Shown here piece after piece: positions 1 to 12,829 of a stretch of 64,000 bases of DNA; position 1 is the first letter of the stretch; every line of letters starts with the position of its first letter. Origin of the DNA: Heterodontus francisci (taxonomy: Eukaryota); the NCBI RefSeq assembly GCF_036365525.1, contig NC_090408.1:25340884-25404883 (forward strand), given 5' to 3'. The translations under genes and the position numbers were made by a program. The notes under the pieces were generated by a model. The model saw only the letters and a list, made by a program, of their open reading frames with translations, did not search any database and was not told the origin of the DNA.

Positions 1-174
1 AGCAGATGGAAACTGACTGCGCGCCTGAAAATAATGCTTAAGATTGGCAAATGTAATTATATAGTGAAGAGTATATTGTTAAAGTCCCTCAGAAAAAAAA
101 GTTATTCAAGGAACCAAACATTGAATGTTAAGTCCTATTGCTAGACGGTAATTGTCAAAGTCAGATGCAATAAA

Positions 175-833
175 GATAAGGTGGTTAGGAAGGCATATGG
201 GATACTTGCCTTTATTCGCTAAGGCATAGAATATAAGAGCAGGGAAGTCATGATGGAGCTGTATAAAACGCTAGTTAGACCACAGATGGAGTTCTGTGTA
301 CAGTTCTGGGCGCCACACTATAGGAAGGATGTGATTGCACTGGAGAGGGTGCAGAGGAGATTCACCAGGATGTTGCCTGGGATGGAGCATTTCAGCTATG
401 AAGAGAGACTGGATAGGCTAGGGCTGTTTTCCTTAGAACAGTGAAGGCTGAGGGGGGACCTGATTGAGGTATACAAAATTATGAGGGGCATTGATAGGAT
501 AGATAGGAAGAAACTTTTTCCCTTAGCAGAGGTGTCAATAACCAGGGGGTATAGATTTAAGATAAGGGGCAGGAGGTTTAGAGGGGATTTGAGGAAAAAA
601 GTTTTCACCCAGAGGGTGGTTGGAATCTGGCACGCACTGCCTGAAGGGGTGGTAGAGGCAAGAACCCTCATAACATTTAAGAAGTATTTAGATGAGCACT
701 TGAAACACTATAGCATACAAGCCTATGGGCCAAGTGCTGGAAAATGGGATTAGAATAGATAGGTGCTTGATGGCTGGAACGGACACGATGGGCTGAAGGG
801 CCTGTTTCTGTGCTGTATAACTCTATGACTCTA
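175..833 (+). mobile_element. CR1 LINE, 3' fragment (RT C-terminus + 3' UTR)
   Basis: ORFs 250-444 (LYKTLVRPQMEFCVQFWAPHYRKD...[11 protein letters not shown]) and 481-753 match the CR1 ORF2 C-terminus; 3' end GGGCTGAAGGGCCTGTTTCTGTGCTGTATAACTCTATGACTCT; near-identical to 45098-46070. Confidence 0.95.
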
Positions 834-3109
834 ATAGTGATAAATACATGCACAGAGTATAACTCTAACACTCGTTCTGTAAATCAATAGAGATTAACTA
901 CAGCTGAGATAGGATACAGTCTGCACTTAATTCAAATTATCCAATAATTTAATTTTTTAGCACTAAATTTCCACTTTGTTTACATTGAATTAAATTGCTA
1001 GATAATTCAACTTTGAATTACCAAGAGTAAACTGTTTTATATTCAATTTTTGTCATGGCACTTGTCAAATGACATGGAAATTGGAAAGGACTTTTTAAAA
1101 AGGACAGTAAGCACTGTGCCAAATTAATGAGCTACAAGGGGAAGCCATTGTTACTGAAAATTAAACTAAGGGTATGCATGAGACAATTTTTTAAAATCAA
1201 GGACATTAGTTGATTGTGGAAGTGGTTTGTGTGGAAATAGTAAGGAACTGAAGGACATGATAAATTCAGGAAATTGAGCATAAAACATAACAAGTCTTCA
1301 TAATTGGACATGTAATACCTTGCTAGCTAACATTGTGAACAAATATTTGCTTAAAGCTTCCAAAAAGAGAAATTGTTTCTCAAATAGAGCCTGTAAGCTC
1401 AGCAACAGTGCAAGAACATGATCTCTGGATTTCAGAGGTAGACCTGAACAATGATTTTGAATAGTTTCTTATTTCTACTAATGCCTTAAAGATGATGATG
1501 CTGAAGCATCAATATCTGGTGTGGATGGCTGATGATGAGCCTAGGAACATTTACTCAATGCCAATTCTTGCTCTATGTATCAGTACTTATTCAGTGTGAC
1601 TACTTTTAAAAGCTAAATCAATGTTCTTAAGCCCATTGCTCAACTTGGATAGGCATAAATAATACTAAAGACACCTTGGATATGGTGGTGAATGCACCGT
1701 GTCTAATCTCCACATTTAGCCATTGCCTTCAGTACACATATACTTTAAGTCTGTTAAGTCATCAGGAGCTCTGCTAACTGTGCATACACACTGATCCACT
1801 TTTTCTTGAAGTCTGTGAAGCATCATTTTGATATTAGCTGAGATTGATCTCTAGACCACATTGCAAGTGACTGAGACAGTTATGGAAAGTTCACATTATG
1901 TTATGCAATGCCATGTTGACACCTCTCCATATTGACTCTGATAATCTTGGAACCGAGCTGTCATTGTCTTCCTTCAGTGTAAGTTTTTTGGCAAATGAAT
2001 ATAGTCTCGAACATATACAATGCCTATACTTTGAATTAAATGATTTTATATTATCTGTTGATTCAAAATAACACAAAAATGGCTTTGAATGACCAAGAGT
2101 AGACAATGGTCAGTTCCAAGAATGAGCCTGAAGAGGAACAAAGTGTAGGCCTAAACCCACTCCTCAGATTTGACTGAGTGTGCAGCTGCACTGAAACCTA
2201 ACTGCAGCACTTCATGGAAAGGTTTATGTATGGTAGTTTAAGCATGCTCGTCTTTCTACTTACCATGACATTCCAAACATTCTTTGTATTAACATCAGAT
2301 TGTAGAAGTCACTGACTATGACTCTGTAGCTCATTTTGCTACAGGGGGTAATAATGCTTGGACTTCTCAATCAACAGTACATTCGCCCTGACAACTAACA
2401 TGATCATATACCTTGTCAATACACCATGTAAGGCTTTAACGCTCCTGAGGTGTCTCTTTCTGAAGACCAAATCTCTACTAGGTTTGTACAGAATGATAAA
2501 AGAACACAAGTCATAATGGAATTAATGTTAGCCTTCAGGCAAGTGATGTAAAATTTTGAGATTGACTTAAATTTTGTAATCAGTACAAATTGTTGGTGCT
2601 GTTCTGTACAGACAGAAATACAGTTTTTATAATATTTGCATTTATATAGCACCTTTTAAATTGAAATGCCTCAGTACTTTATACAATGATATATCAGACA
2701 TTTTGAGTTTAATCTCATTCCAGCCCAAACTAATGAAATTGAAGTCTTTTTATCTTCCATATAGCATTACTATCCAGAGTTGGAAGCGACAGACAAATGC
2801 TAGGTGTGGGTTTTTCAATGGGGTGCCACCTACTTTGATTCAAAAACACAAATCTGTCTGGCCAGATGCCATTAATACATACCTCTCTTCATTAAAATAT
2901 TCTCCTCCCCTTGTCTTTCTTCTCTCTCTTAACTGCCTGCCTGCAGTTAGGATTTGCAAGTGTTTCCTCATTCTTTCTTTAGTTCATGCTTTCGGGAGAG
3001 ACATTCACACGGACACGGTTATCCCATTATCTCTTGCAATACTGAAATACTGAATCAGTTATTAGAACCAAATGGTTACATGTAAGAACCTGTGATCTGC
3101 CATTTGAGC

Positions 3110-3469
3110 AGGACTTGACAGGGTAGATGCAGGAAGGATGTTCCCGATGGTGGGGGAGTCCAGAACAAGGGGGCCATAGTCTAAGGATTTGGGGTAAACC
3201 TTTCACGACTGAGATGAGGAGAAATTTCTTCACCCAGAGAGTGGTGAGCCTGTGGAATTCGCTACCATAGAAAGCAGTTGAGGCCAAAACATTGTATGTT
3301 TTCAAGAAGGAGTTAGATATAGCTCTTGGGGCGAGAGGGATCAAAGGGTATGGGGCGAAAGCGGGAACAGGCTACTGAGTTGGATGATCAGCCATGATCA
3401 TAATGAATGGTAGAGCAGACTCGAAGGGCCGAATGGCCTACTCCTGCTCCTATTTTCTATGTTTCTATG
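3110..3469 (+). mobile_element. CR1 LINE, 3' fragment (second subfamily)
   Basis: RNFFTQRVVSLWNSLP-type coding remnant; 3' UTR GGGCCGAATGGCCTACTCCTGCTCC followed by (TTTCTATG)n tail. Confidence 0.9.
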
Positions 3470-4705
3470 AACCTGCTGCCTAATGTGGCAAGATGGTAGG
3501 CCTATATATACAAATTCAGCTTCTATTGACTGTAGTGCCACAACTGAATTTGCCCATAATTTCACACCAGTAAATATAAAATGGATAATCTCATCCAGAA
3601 GTACAATAAGGCTGACCTGTATGAAAAACAGAAAAATTATAGTAATCCACCAGTAGATGCTCATATATTGGAGCTAAGGGACAATATTGGGATTTAGTAC
3701 AGGGAGCTTTGCTCTGACTCTGGCCTGTGTTTTACCTGATGCAAAAATAATTGGTATGAATTGGGTAGACAATTTATTACCCAGGGCTGACATCTCCACC
3801 TTAATGAGTATAGAAATTCAATGCAAAATATTAATTACATAAATAATTAAATAACAGAAAAAATCTTTTCAGAATTGGCTAATTGTTCAATTTCAAACAC
3901 AAGAGGGTGCTGCAGATTTCGTATCTTGTATTTGCTGCAGATATTGTACCAGAAATGCTAAGCAAACTGCTTCAGAAAGATACGTTTTTCTTCTCTTATA
4001 ATAACTTTGCTACAATATATTTTAAGTTTACAGATTTGAAAGTATGTTAAATAAGCAGGCTTCTGGTTTAGAACCCAAAGGTCATGCAATATAACTGCTG
4101 AGCCACCCTCAATGTGAGTATTTTAGCCCTGGAGGTTCCATTGTCTGAGAACAGAAAAATCTCAAAGCTCCAGGCACCATTTTCAATCAAAGTTGCATCT
4201 GTCAAGGGAAGGAACATCAGGAACAGGAAATAGACCAGGACAGGGTTTTGAAGCTCTGAAGAACAATGCTTTGGGACATCCTGTTGCGATCTTAATTAAG
4301 AGTACATAATTGAAATGACATTCTAATTGATTATTCTTGGATTTGTACAAGATATTTAAAGCTGTATTTAATTATCTGTGCCAATGTAATAAAAGGCTGG
4401 TAATTCTTCACCCACACGGGCCTCCTGATTGGTAATATATACATTGTGATAGCTGGCTGATCAGATCATTGATGGAACACGTCCACATCTTTGTACAGCA
4501 CATAACTCCTGTTAAAAGACTGAAGAGTAGATAAAGTTGTTTCTGTGACTACTTCGCATATATTGAATGTATCAGAGCTGTACTGATGCTAGAACCTACT
4601 ACAGCTTCAATTAAATAAATGTAAAACCTACAAGTGCTATGGCGTTGAATATATCCAGCAATACTGTATAGCTGCAACTTTGAATAGTAAGATATTTCAA
4701 AACAA

Positions 4706-7500
4706 ATGACAACAACATATTTATTTGGCAGCTTTGATGTAGTAAAACATCTCAAGGAGCTTCACAGGAGCGTTACCAAACAAAATTCTGACACTGAGCC
4801 AAATCAGAAGATATTGGGGCAAATGATCAAAAGCTTGGTCAACGAGGTAGGTTTGAAGGAGGGTCTTAAAAGAGAAAAAAGAGGAGGAGTGGCACTGAGG
4901 CTTAAGGAGGGAATTCCAGAGCTCAGGGCCTTGGAAGCTGAAGGCTTCAGTGGTGGAGTGATGAAAATTGGGAATGTTCAGGAGGCCAGAATTGGAGGTG
5001 CAGAGATATCTCAGAGGTTGTAGGGCTGGAGAAAATTAGAGATAGGGAAGGGCGAAGCCATGGCGGGATTTGAAAACAAGGATGAATATTTTAAAATCGA
5101 GGTGATACTTAACCAAGAGCCAGTACAGGTCAGCAAGCACAGGGTTGAATGGAATTGGTGTGACTTAGGACATGGGCAGCAGAGTTTTACATGAGCTCAA
5201 GTTTATGGAAGGTAGAATGTGGGAGACCAGCCAGCAGTGTGTTGGAATAGTCAAGTTTGGAGGTAATAAAGGCATGGATGAGGGTTTCAGCAGATGAGCT
5301 GAGGCAGGGGCAGAGTCGGGCAATGTTACGGAGGTGGAAACAGGCAGTCTTAGTGATGGGTGGGGATATGTGATCGGAAGCTCATCTTGTGGTCAAATAT
5401 GACACCCAAGACTGCAAACAGTTTGGTGCAGCCTCAGACAGTTGCCAGGGAGAGATGGAGTCGGTGATTAGGGAACAGACGGAGTTTGTGGCGGGGACAA
5501 AAGACAATGGCTTTAGTCTTCCCAATATTAGTGAGAGGAAATTTCTGCTCATCCAGTACTGAATGTAAGACATGCAGTCTGACAATTTTGCGACAGTGGA
5601 GGGGCTGAGAGAGGTGGTGGTGAGGTCGAGCTGGGTGTCATCAGTGTTCACGTGGAAAACTGATGATGTGCTTTCGGATTATGTCATCAAGTGGCAGCAT
5701 GTAGATGAGAAACGGGGTGGCCAGGGATAGATCCTTGGGCGATAGCAGAGGTAACAGTGTGGGCATGGGAACAGAAGCCATCGCATATGATTTACTGCCA
5801 GTGACTGCATAGATAGGAATGTAACCAGCTGAGTGCAGGCCCACTCAGCTGGCTGACGGTGGTGAGGCATTGGAGGAGGAGTTCTGATGAAAGGTCACAG
5901 ACCTTTATAGTATTTTATAGAATTTTGGAGAGGAAAGGGAGGTTAGAGATGGGGTAGTAGCTTGCAAGGATGGAGGGTCAAGTGTTAGATTTTTTGAGGA
6001 GTGTGATGATGATGGCAGATTTGCAGGAGAGTGGGGAATAGTACTTGAGAAGAGAAAACTAACATCAGCTAACATAGGAGCCAGGAAGAGAAGTTGGATG
6101 GTCAACATTTTAGTAGGAATAGGATTGAGGGAGTAGGAGGTGGGTGTTGTGGACAAGATGAGCTCAAAGAGGGCATGAGGGGAGATAGAAAAGAAACTGA
6201 AGAAAGTTGAGAGTTCAGGGCTAGGACAGGGGGAACCTTGGAGGGAATTTGGCTCGGTGGGCTGTGGAAGGGAGAGAAGTGGCAGAGCAGCTAATGAATG
6301 TTCTTAATCTTAATGATAAACAAGACCATGAGTTCCTCACACTTGTTGGACATTAAGGTGGAGGAGACATGGAAACGGGATTTTAGAAGACAGTTCATAG
6401 CAAAGAGAAGAAACTGAGAATTATCTATCATGGAACAGCAAGCAGTTTTCACAGACAAGACCAACTGTGCTTTACGTGGTTCAGCCAAATCTGGCGATGA
6501 ATGGCTAAACCAGTGGTCGGCCATATCCATTCAAGTCTGCGTGCATTGGACTTAAGGGAGCAGAGATGAGGGCCGAACGGGGGAAATGGCCTGGGTGACA
6601 GATAGTAATGGTTTTTATGGGGACTAGGGCAAGGAAGAGGTGAGGATGCCATTGAGCAGATTGGTAGCTGCAAAAATATTGTGGTGAATGGAGGCTGAAA
6701 GGCTAAACAGTTGGGATTTTGTAAGTGCAGCTGTAAGTCGAATTGGGAGAGTTTTGTTCAGGAGGGAATACAGAAGAAAGTAGGGTTGGAATGGGAAAAG
6801 GGGGATGTGAATGGATAATGATACACGGAAGTGGTTAGAGGTAGTCTTATCTGTGATTGATACAATGGGAGTAGTGAGGTCAGAGTAGTGAGATGGCGAG
6901 GATGAGAGGGTGGTCTTGAATATGGATTGGGGTGTTTTATGGAGGGAAAGTTGGAGGACAATGAACTCAGGTGAGAGAGCATGATGAGTTGAAATGGAGG
7001 CTGAAATCACCAAGGAGGTGAACTTTCTCAGTGCAGAGGCTGTCTGAGAAAGCAGTGAAGATATCTCAGTGAGAAAATATCTATGGCATTTGTGAGGGCA
7101 GTAGATAATGAGCATTTTAAATGAGAGGTGAGAGGGCTGGACAAAGGTGACATGCTCAAAGGGGGAGTAAATGCTAGAGGAGTAGGGGGTCAGACCAAGG
7201 TGTGATTTGGTGATAAGACCCACACTGCCAACACAAAGGTCTGGCTGGAGCCATTGCTGGAAGTTATCACCAGATGGGGAGGTTTTATTTAGGGAGAAGG
7301 TGTCATCACTCTTCAGGTAGGTTTCTGTCAAGGACATGATGTCAGTGCAATCATTCACAACAAACTCATGGAAGATAAGGGCGTCGTTCACCAGTGAACG
7401 GACATTGTGGAAGGAGATGCAGAGACGGTCTGTGATAGTTGATCTGCTAGCAGAGTCCACAGGGTCAGTACTGGGAGCGGTGAAAGATGCAGTGGAGATT
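4706..7500 (-). mobile_element. L2-clade LINE, decayed ORF2 (APE endonuclease + RT) with an internal deletion
   Basis: ORF 6624-7460 has APE motifs (FHNVRSL, SLTETYL); RT remnants near 5400-5750 (DDTQL) and 5920-5990; L2-type tail (reverse complement) at about 4706-4770. Confidence 0.85.
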
Positions 7501-7939
7501 GTTCAGATTAGTCCCCACTGAACACAGAAGGTCAGTGAGAGAGTAGGATTGGGCTGTTGGGGTTGCTGCTTATAAGGTGGTAATGACGAGTGCCTTGAGG
7601 GTCCATTTGGAGGAAGCCGAAAGGCACAGAGGGAAGCTGCAGGCTTTTTTAAGAAGGAGTCAAGCCTGGGATGGTGGCAGGAGAGTAGGACGGTCGAGGA
7701 GTGTAGGGGTAAGTATTTGGAAGGACAAAGTACCTGAGAGGGGAGAAATGAAAGGAGACATGATGACAGTAGAGAGGAGTCCAGGATGGGTAAAGAGAAA
7801 AGAAGTAAAATTGTGGCAGGAAAAAAGTGGAAATAGACCAATGGGCTTGGGTCCTGAGCAGAAACCGAAACATGCAGGCGAATGACAGAGGGAAAACTCG
7901 AGTTGTTGTGTAGCAATGATTGGGATACATATATCCAAG

Positions 7940-8008
7940 TATCGGCACAACATCGTGGGCCGAAGGGCCTGTTCTGTGCTGTATTTTCTATGTTCTATGT
8001 TCTATGTA
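7940..8008 (+). mobile_element. very short CR1 3' tail insertion
   Basis: GGCACAACATCGTGGGCCGAAGGGCCTGTTCTGTGCTGTA followed by (TTCTATG)n. Confidence 0.8.
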
Positions 8009-8519
8009 GTAAACAGGGAATGGAGAGGAGACAAATGGAGCGAGTCCAAAGTTAAAGTCAGAGATCCCATTGTGGGATAAAGTTGGCCTAAGTATTGACG
8101 AACTGTTATCCAAGTTCAGAAACGTGTGGCAGGAGAGTGAAGTCCAGAAGTTTTTGAAGATCGGATACTGGAGGACACACTGATGGAGGTATTCCCATGG
8201 GAATGAAGAACCAGGAGGTGTGCAGAATCCTGCGGAGCAGGAAAAAAAAAACAGTTGGAGGTCACCATAAGATCCAGAGGCAGCAGAGAACTGTACTTCA
8301 ACTTGGGAGAGTGAATCTCTGGCCAGGAATCAGACTGCAGCTGAAGCTGAAAAACCAGTAGGCCAGTCACAGGCTCAGCAGGGAACCGCCATGGTTAGGT
8401 TATAAGCTGATCAAAATTACTTTAAAATTTAAATAACAGCAGCAGATCAGAGACACAGTAGCTGAGTCTAATGGTGTAATCCAGTGCAGAAGCATAGTCT
8501 TGATGTCAACAGAACCAGG

Positions 8520-8968
8520 CTTTTCGCAATCTTGGTGTCTCATTGTCCCAGTTGACACTGAGTTGAACTTCCAACCCCATATCCTCTCCATCACCAAGAC
8601 CACCTACTTCCACCTCTGTAATACTGCCAAAATTTGCCTCTGCCTCAGCCCCTCTGCTGCTGAAACCCTCATCCAGGCTTTTGCTACCTCCAGACTCGAC
8701 TATTCCAATGCTTCCCTGGCTGGCCTCCCACCTACCAGCCTCCATAAATTTGAGCTCATCCAAAACTCTGCTGCTTGCAATCTAACTCGTACGAAGTCCC
8801 GTTCGCCCATCATCCCTGTGCTCGCAGAACTACTTTTGGCTCTGCGTCTTGCAACACCTCAATTTTTAAATTCTCATCTTTATTTTCGAAACATAGACTT
8901 GCTTTTGTATGGGGACATGAGTTTGCTTACAATGTTAAAGGTGCTATAGAAATGTAAGTTGTTGTTGC
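8520..8968 (+). mobile_element. L2 LINE, 3' fragment
   Basis: ORF 8500-8949 AETLIQAFATSRLDYSNASLAGLP...IQNSAA (L2 RT C-terminus); tail AAAGGTGCTATAGAAATGTAAGTTGTTGTTG. Confidence 0.9.
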
Positions 8969-10321
8969 TTCTGATGCAGTGTAACCTTCAAAGTGTCGCA
9001 ATCTATGAGGTTTATTGAACAGGTAACTTGTTAATGTAATAACAGTGAAGCACAGAACCTGAAAGAAATTCATCCCATTATGGAATAGGTTTTAAATATA
9101 TATAGCATATATATTTACAGATAACCCATGCTAAAATTAGGCTCGGCCTATCAATGTCACCAGGAAATAAAATGTGAATTAGTCACTTTAAACTAAAATT
9201 CAACATATGGTAAATTTGAACTCGGGCCACTCTTTTTCCTAAACGACAGTGACACTTCTCTTGATCTCAGGACTAGACCTGAGAGAATGGAGTGCTGCAA
9301 GTACGGAGGGAGATAGATTTGAGTGAGGGGAGTGGACCGACTGACATGGTCAATGTTATGCTGGCAGTTCTCAATAAGAGAGGGTAAAAAGCCAGCGGGA
9401 GGGGTGTAGGCCGTAAGGGAACTCTGAAAGAGTTTGCTCTGCAGGGGGGAAGCTTCCTGAGCAAATAAATGGATCTGGAGGCAAAAGCTCAGTATGAGGT
9501 CACACACAATTTATTGAGTGGAGGCAGAAGGGGATGAACTTGAGGCCTTTGCTCAGAAGAGGGCAAGGTCACTAAAGGTGAGATTGGACTTTTATTGATA
9601 CTGGGAGATAACTGGATGGCATTCAAAGCTGTAGAGATAAATCTTAGTTGATATTTTTGTCTTCTTCACTGTAGGGCAGTCACATGAATGAAAATGATCT
9701 TTGTGCTCATCTATCCAGTCCCTATTCTTGCCCTCCATCTCCTTCCAGGATATGCACTTGTTTCCTAAATGATTCCCATTTTTTTTAGCTCCACTATCCT
9801 AACTAGAGTTCCATTCTACTGTCACAATTTAAATGTCAGGTTTCAGACTATTTATTATGAGATGTGTCTGTGAGCTCCCTTTTCAGTGGCCTTCCCTTGA
9901 AGTTAGAGATCAGCGTGTGGTGGTTCTTGTCTGCAATTACAGTGACGGGAGAGAGGGGAATGTGTGAAGGAGATTCCCTTCAATGCAACTGGGTGCGCTG
10001 TTACTCTGGTTTCTTGGCATCTTGTGGAGAAGGTGAAGTTGGTGATCAGCCTCTCGCTGCACACCGAGCCGCAAGCAATCAGCTCACTGCAAACTCACCA
10101 ACATCAACCCGCATTCCTATTTCGCCTTTAAGGTAGTGAGCAAACTCGGCTTCCCCTCCAAAAGCAAGTGTGTTGTGTGTGTGTTATTTCTTTTTGTTCC
10201 GCCCACCTTTGTGTTCGCAGGGTGAAACCCGCCGCATTTTCTGGACGGGATTCTCCCGGGGGCGCCGGGCGGCCTGTCAATCAGCGGAGGCGCGTGCGCA
10301 CTCCCTCTGCCCTTTCCTTCG

Positions 10322-10373
10322 CCGGCCGGGCCGGGCCGGGCCGGGCTGAGCTGAGCTGAGCTGAGCTGAGCTG
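10322..10373. repeat. compound pentamer repeat (CCGGG)n then (GCTGA)n
   Basis: Read directly from the sequence. Confidence 0.95.
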
Positions 10374-10481
10374 TCACTGCTGCGCGATATGGAAGGCGCT
10401 CCGCAGCCATTCTGACAGTAGGGAGCCCACAGAAAGAGCGCTGAGGCGGAGGGGGGCGGACAACTTCTCCAGCAGCAGGAG
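10370..10481 (+). other. CGNL1: probable non-coding exon 1 of CGNL1 (start not determinable)
   Basis: Consensus donor GAG|GTGAGT at 10481/10482 inside the CpG island; mammalian CGNL1, as I recall, has a non-coding first exon and a long first intron. Confidence 0.55.
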
Positions 10482-11669
10482 GTGAGTGAGTGAGTGGAAC
10501 AAGAGTCTCTCTCACACACACACACCACATAAAAAAGACTTTGCTTTAAATCTGAGTGAAGCTGACTGGAGGTAATTGTCTGCTTTACGCCCGCGGAGAC
10601 CAGGGGAAAGCTTGAAGTTGTTTATTTTCTCCCATTTCAATGCAACTTGTTGCGATTAAATTAGGAGCTGCCGACTCTCAGTCCCCGCCACTGTGAGCAG
10701 CTCAGTAACTCAGTAAACAGGGTGCTCGGGGTTTGCTGACAGCATTGGATTGGGTTCCAACTTTTTGGTAAGTGGAGCTGCCTCTCTTGCTTTAAGATAG
10801 TTTGAACATTAAAAGACTTGCAATGAAGAATATTACCAAAGTCACTCACTGCTGACCAGACATTATAGAAGGTGGTGCTGCCAGCTCGCAAACGTGCTGG
10901 AATATTCTTTTGGTAAATATGTTCAGCTTTAAAAAATAATCTTTGTTTGTTGTAGCCCAAGATTTTCTCCTCCTTCCTGGAGCCCTTTCCCCCCCATTCT
11001 TTCAAGGTCTGCTTTTGATTTTTATACTTTGTTTTTTGGAGGAACTCTAATTATTTTTATGTTTTGAAATCCAGAATCATTTTATTGAGAAAATCTTGAC
11101 TTATTTTCCCCAACTTCACCGGCTGATTGGCCTTTTAAAATTGATTTTATGAAGTATGCACTTTGCCCAATTTAAATGTGAAATGCATAATTTGACTTAA
11201 ACACAGTGTTATTAAAATGTGAAATGTTTTAATCTAAAATGTTAATGCTTGGAGGAAACAAGATATTCAAAGCAACTGCATAAGCAATCCTATTTTTAGA
11301 TGTGATTGATGTTTCGTACAATATGATGCATCTGGAGGAAAAGTTCACTTCAAAAAATGGACATGTTGTAGTTTGCAGTGTTGTACTGTGGCTGTAAGAT
11401 TGAGTGAAACAGTGCTGGGAATAGTACCTACTGAAACCAGCATGGGCTAAGTTTGCTTCTGGGAAAAAACAAAAACCCTCCACATTCTTGAACTTTTCAA
11501 TGTCTGAAATTATTTCAAGGAAATGCCAAATAGTAAGGAATGATCAAAATTAGAGTGGTGCCTTAATTGTTAATAGATTTAGGTTAAACTGACAGGTCTG
11601 TCATCCTAGATCTAAGTGGAGCTGGTGGGAGAGGTCCATTCTCTATCCAGGGAAGAGCAGTGTCAAAAG

Positions 11670-12050
11670 ATGGGATCTCAGCAGGTGAGTAGCTGAGCCG
11701 TATGTTCCAAGATCTCCCGATTGATCCCTGATTTGTGCTATGTTAACTGATCCCAGCTGACTTTTGGCACTACTGCTGGGTAAGGGAGGGTAAATTGAGT
11801 AGCTTTCCTGCTGCTGGTGGCTATACCATGACTCTCTTGATGGAGTGCCTGTGGGTATATGTCAGGTGAAGTGAGGATTGAGCTTTGTTGTGATGTCCCA
11901 CACAATTATAGCACACTGATAACTGAATATCAGGGTTTGCATGGGAAACAATGGTTTCTTGGACAAGGGACTAGAATACAGTTGGTGACTGTAGCTTTGC
12001 AGCTCACCAAAAAGTCATCTTGTTGAAGAGAGAATAGGAATGGTGAAAAT
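11670..12050 (+). mobile_element. degenerate SINE, AmnSINE2-like
   Basis: GATCCCTGATTTGTGCTATGTTAACTGATCCCAGC...CTGGGTAAGGGAGGG...GTCAGGTGAAGTGAGGATTGAGCTTTGTTGTGATGTCCC resembles the recalled consensus; related copies elsewhere in the window. Confidence 0.55.
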
Positions 12051-12429
12051 TGTGGAGCAAGGAGGGGGAAAAAAATAGGTCATCTAATTCGCTACCTTGA
12101 CCTTGGATTTGTGTAGAGGAGTGCATACCTAAAGGGGAGTTGCAAGGCTGTAACACAATGTACTAGCTCAGAAGATAGCTCACTAGAACAAAAATTGAGT
12201 AGTTCATGAATGTCATGTGAACTCCCATGTATGGTGGAGTTTTTTTGTTTGTCTGCTTTCTAGTGTATTATGCAGCTGGCTTGTTCCCAGGCCAATACTG
12301 CTGTTGAATTATAACAGCAGCCTTTTATTGTAGGGGCTGTTCTAACAAGCTCGGTGTTTGAAGCACATTGTTGGCTCAGTGTAAAAGGATCTTTCAGTTG
12401 AATCTGCACCATTCTGTATCTGACTTGTG

Positions 12430-12790
12430 TCGTTCAGCTGTGGCTCAGTTGGTGACACTCTCACCAAGTCAAATGATTGTGAGTTCAAGACCCACGTGAG
12501 AGACTTGAGCACAAAACTCTGGGCTGACAGTACAGTACTGAGGGAGTGCTGCACTGTTGCAGGCATCGTCTTTCGGATGAGATGTTAAACCAAGGCCATG
12601 TCTGCGCTCTCTGGTGGATGTAAATGATCCCATAGCACTACTTTGAAGAAGAGCAGCGGAGTTATGCCCCGATGTCCTTTCCAATCTTTATCCCTCAATC
12701 AACATCATAAAAAACAAATAATCTGGTCATTATCACATTGCTGTTTGTGGGATCATGCTGTGCACACATTGACTGCCCGTTTCCTACATT
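12430..12790 (+). mobile_element. DeuSINE (SacSINE1/AmnSINE1-like)
   Basis: tRNA-like head TGGCTCAGTTGG...GAGTTCAAGACCC; Deu domain TTTCGGATGAGATGTTAAACC...AAATGATCCCATAGCACTACTTTGAAGAAGAGCAG. Confidence 0.85.
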
Positions 12791-12829
12791 TACCTCATTT
12801 AAAGCTCTGATTTCTGTCAGTACCCTAGT

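Larger units (their letters stand above)
10190..10600 (+). promoter_or_regulatory. CGNL1: CpG-island promoter, probably of CGNL1
   Basis: Strongest non-repeat CpG/GC-rich stretch in the window; PBX/PREP decamer CTGTCAATCA 10274-10283, NRF1-type GCGCGTGCGCA 10290-10300, GC boxes at 10267 and 10453, NF-kB-like GGGATTCTCC 10247-10256; assignment to CGNL1 is inferred from the downstream + strand donor. Confidence 0.7.

Noticed and set aside
10117-10530. Minus-strand ORF with MAAERLP... (good Kozak) suggesting a head-to-head gene
   Set aside because: It translates through promoter motifs and pentamer repeats, resembles no protein I know, and no downstream minus-strand exons are evident; open frames are common in GC-rich DNA
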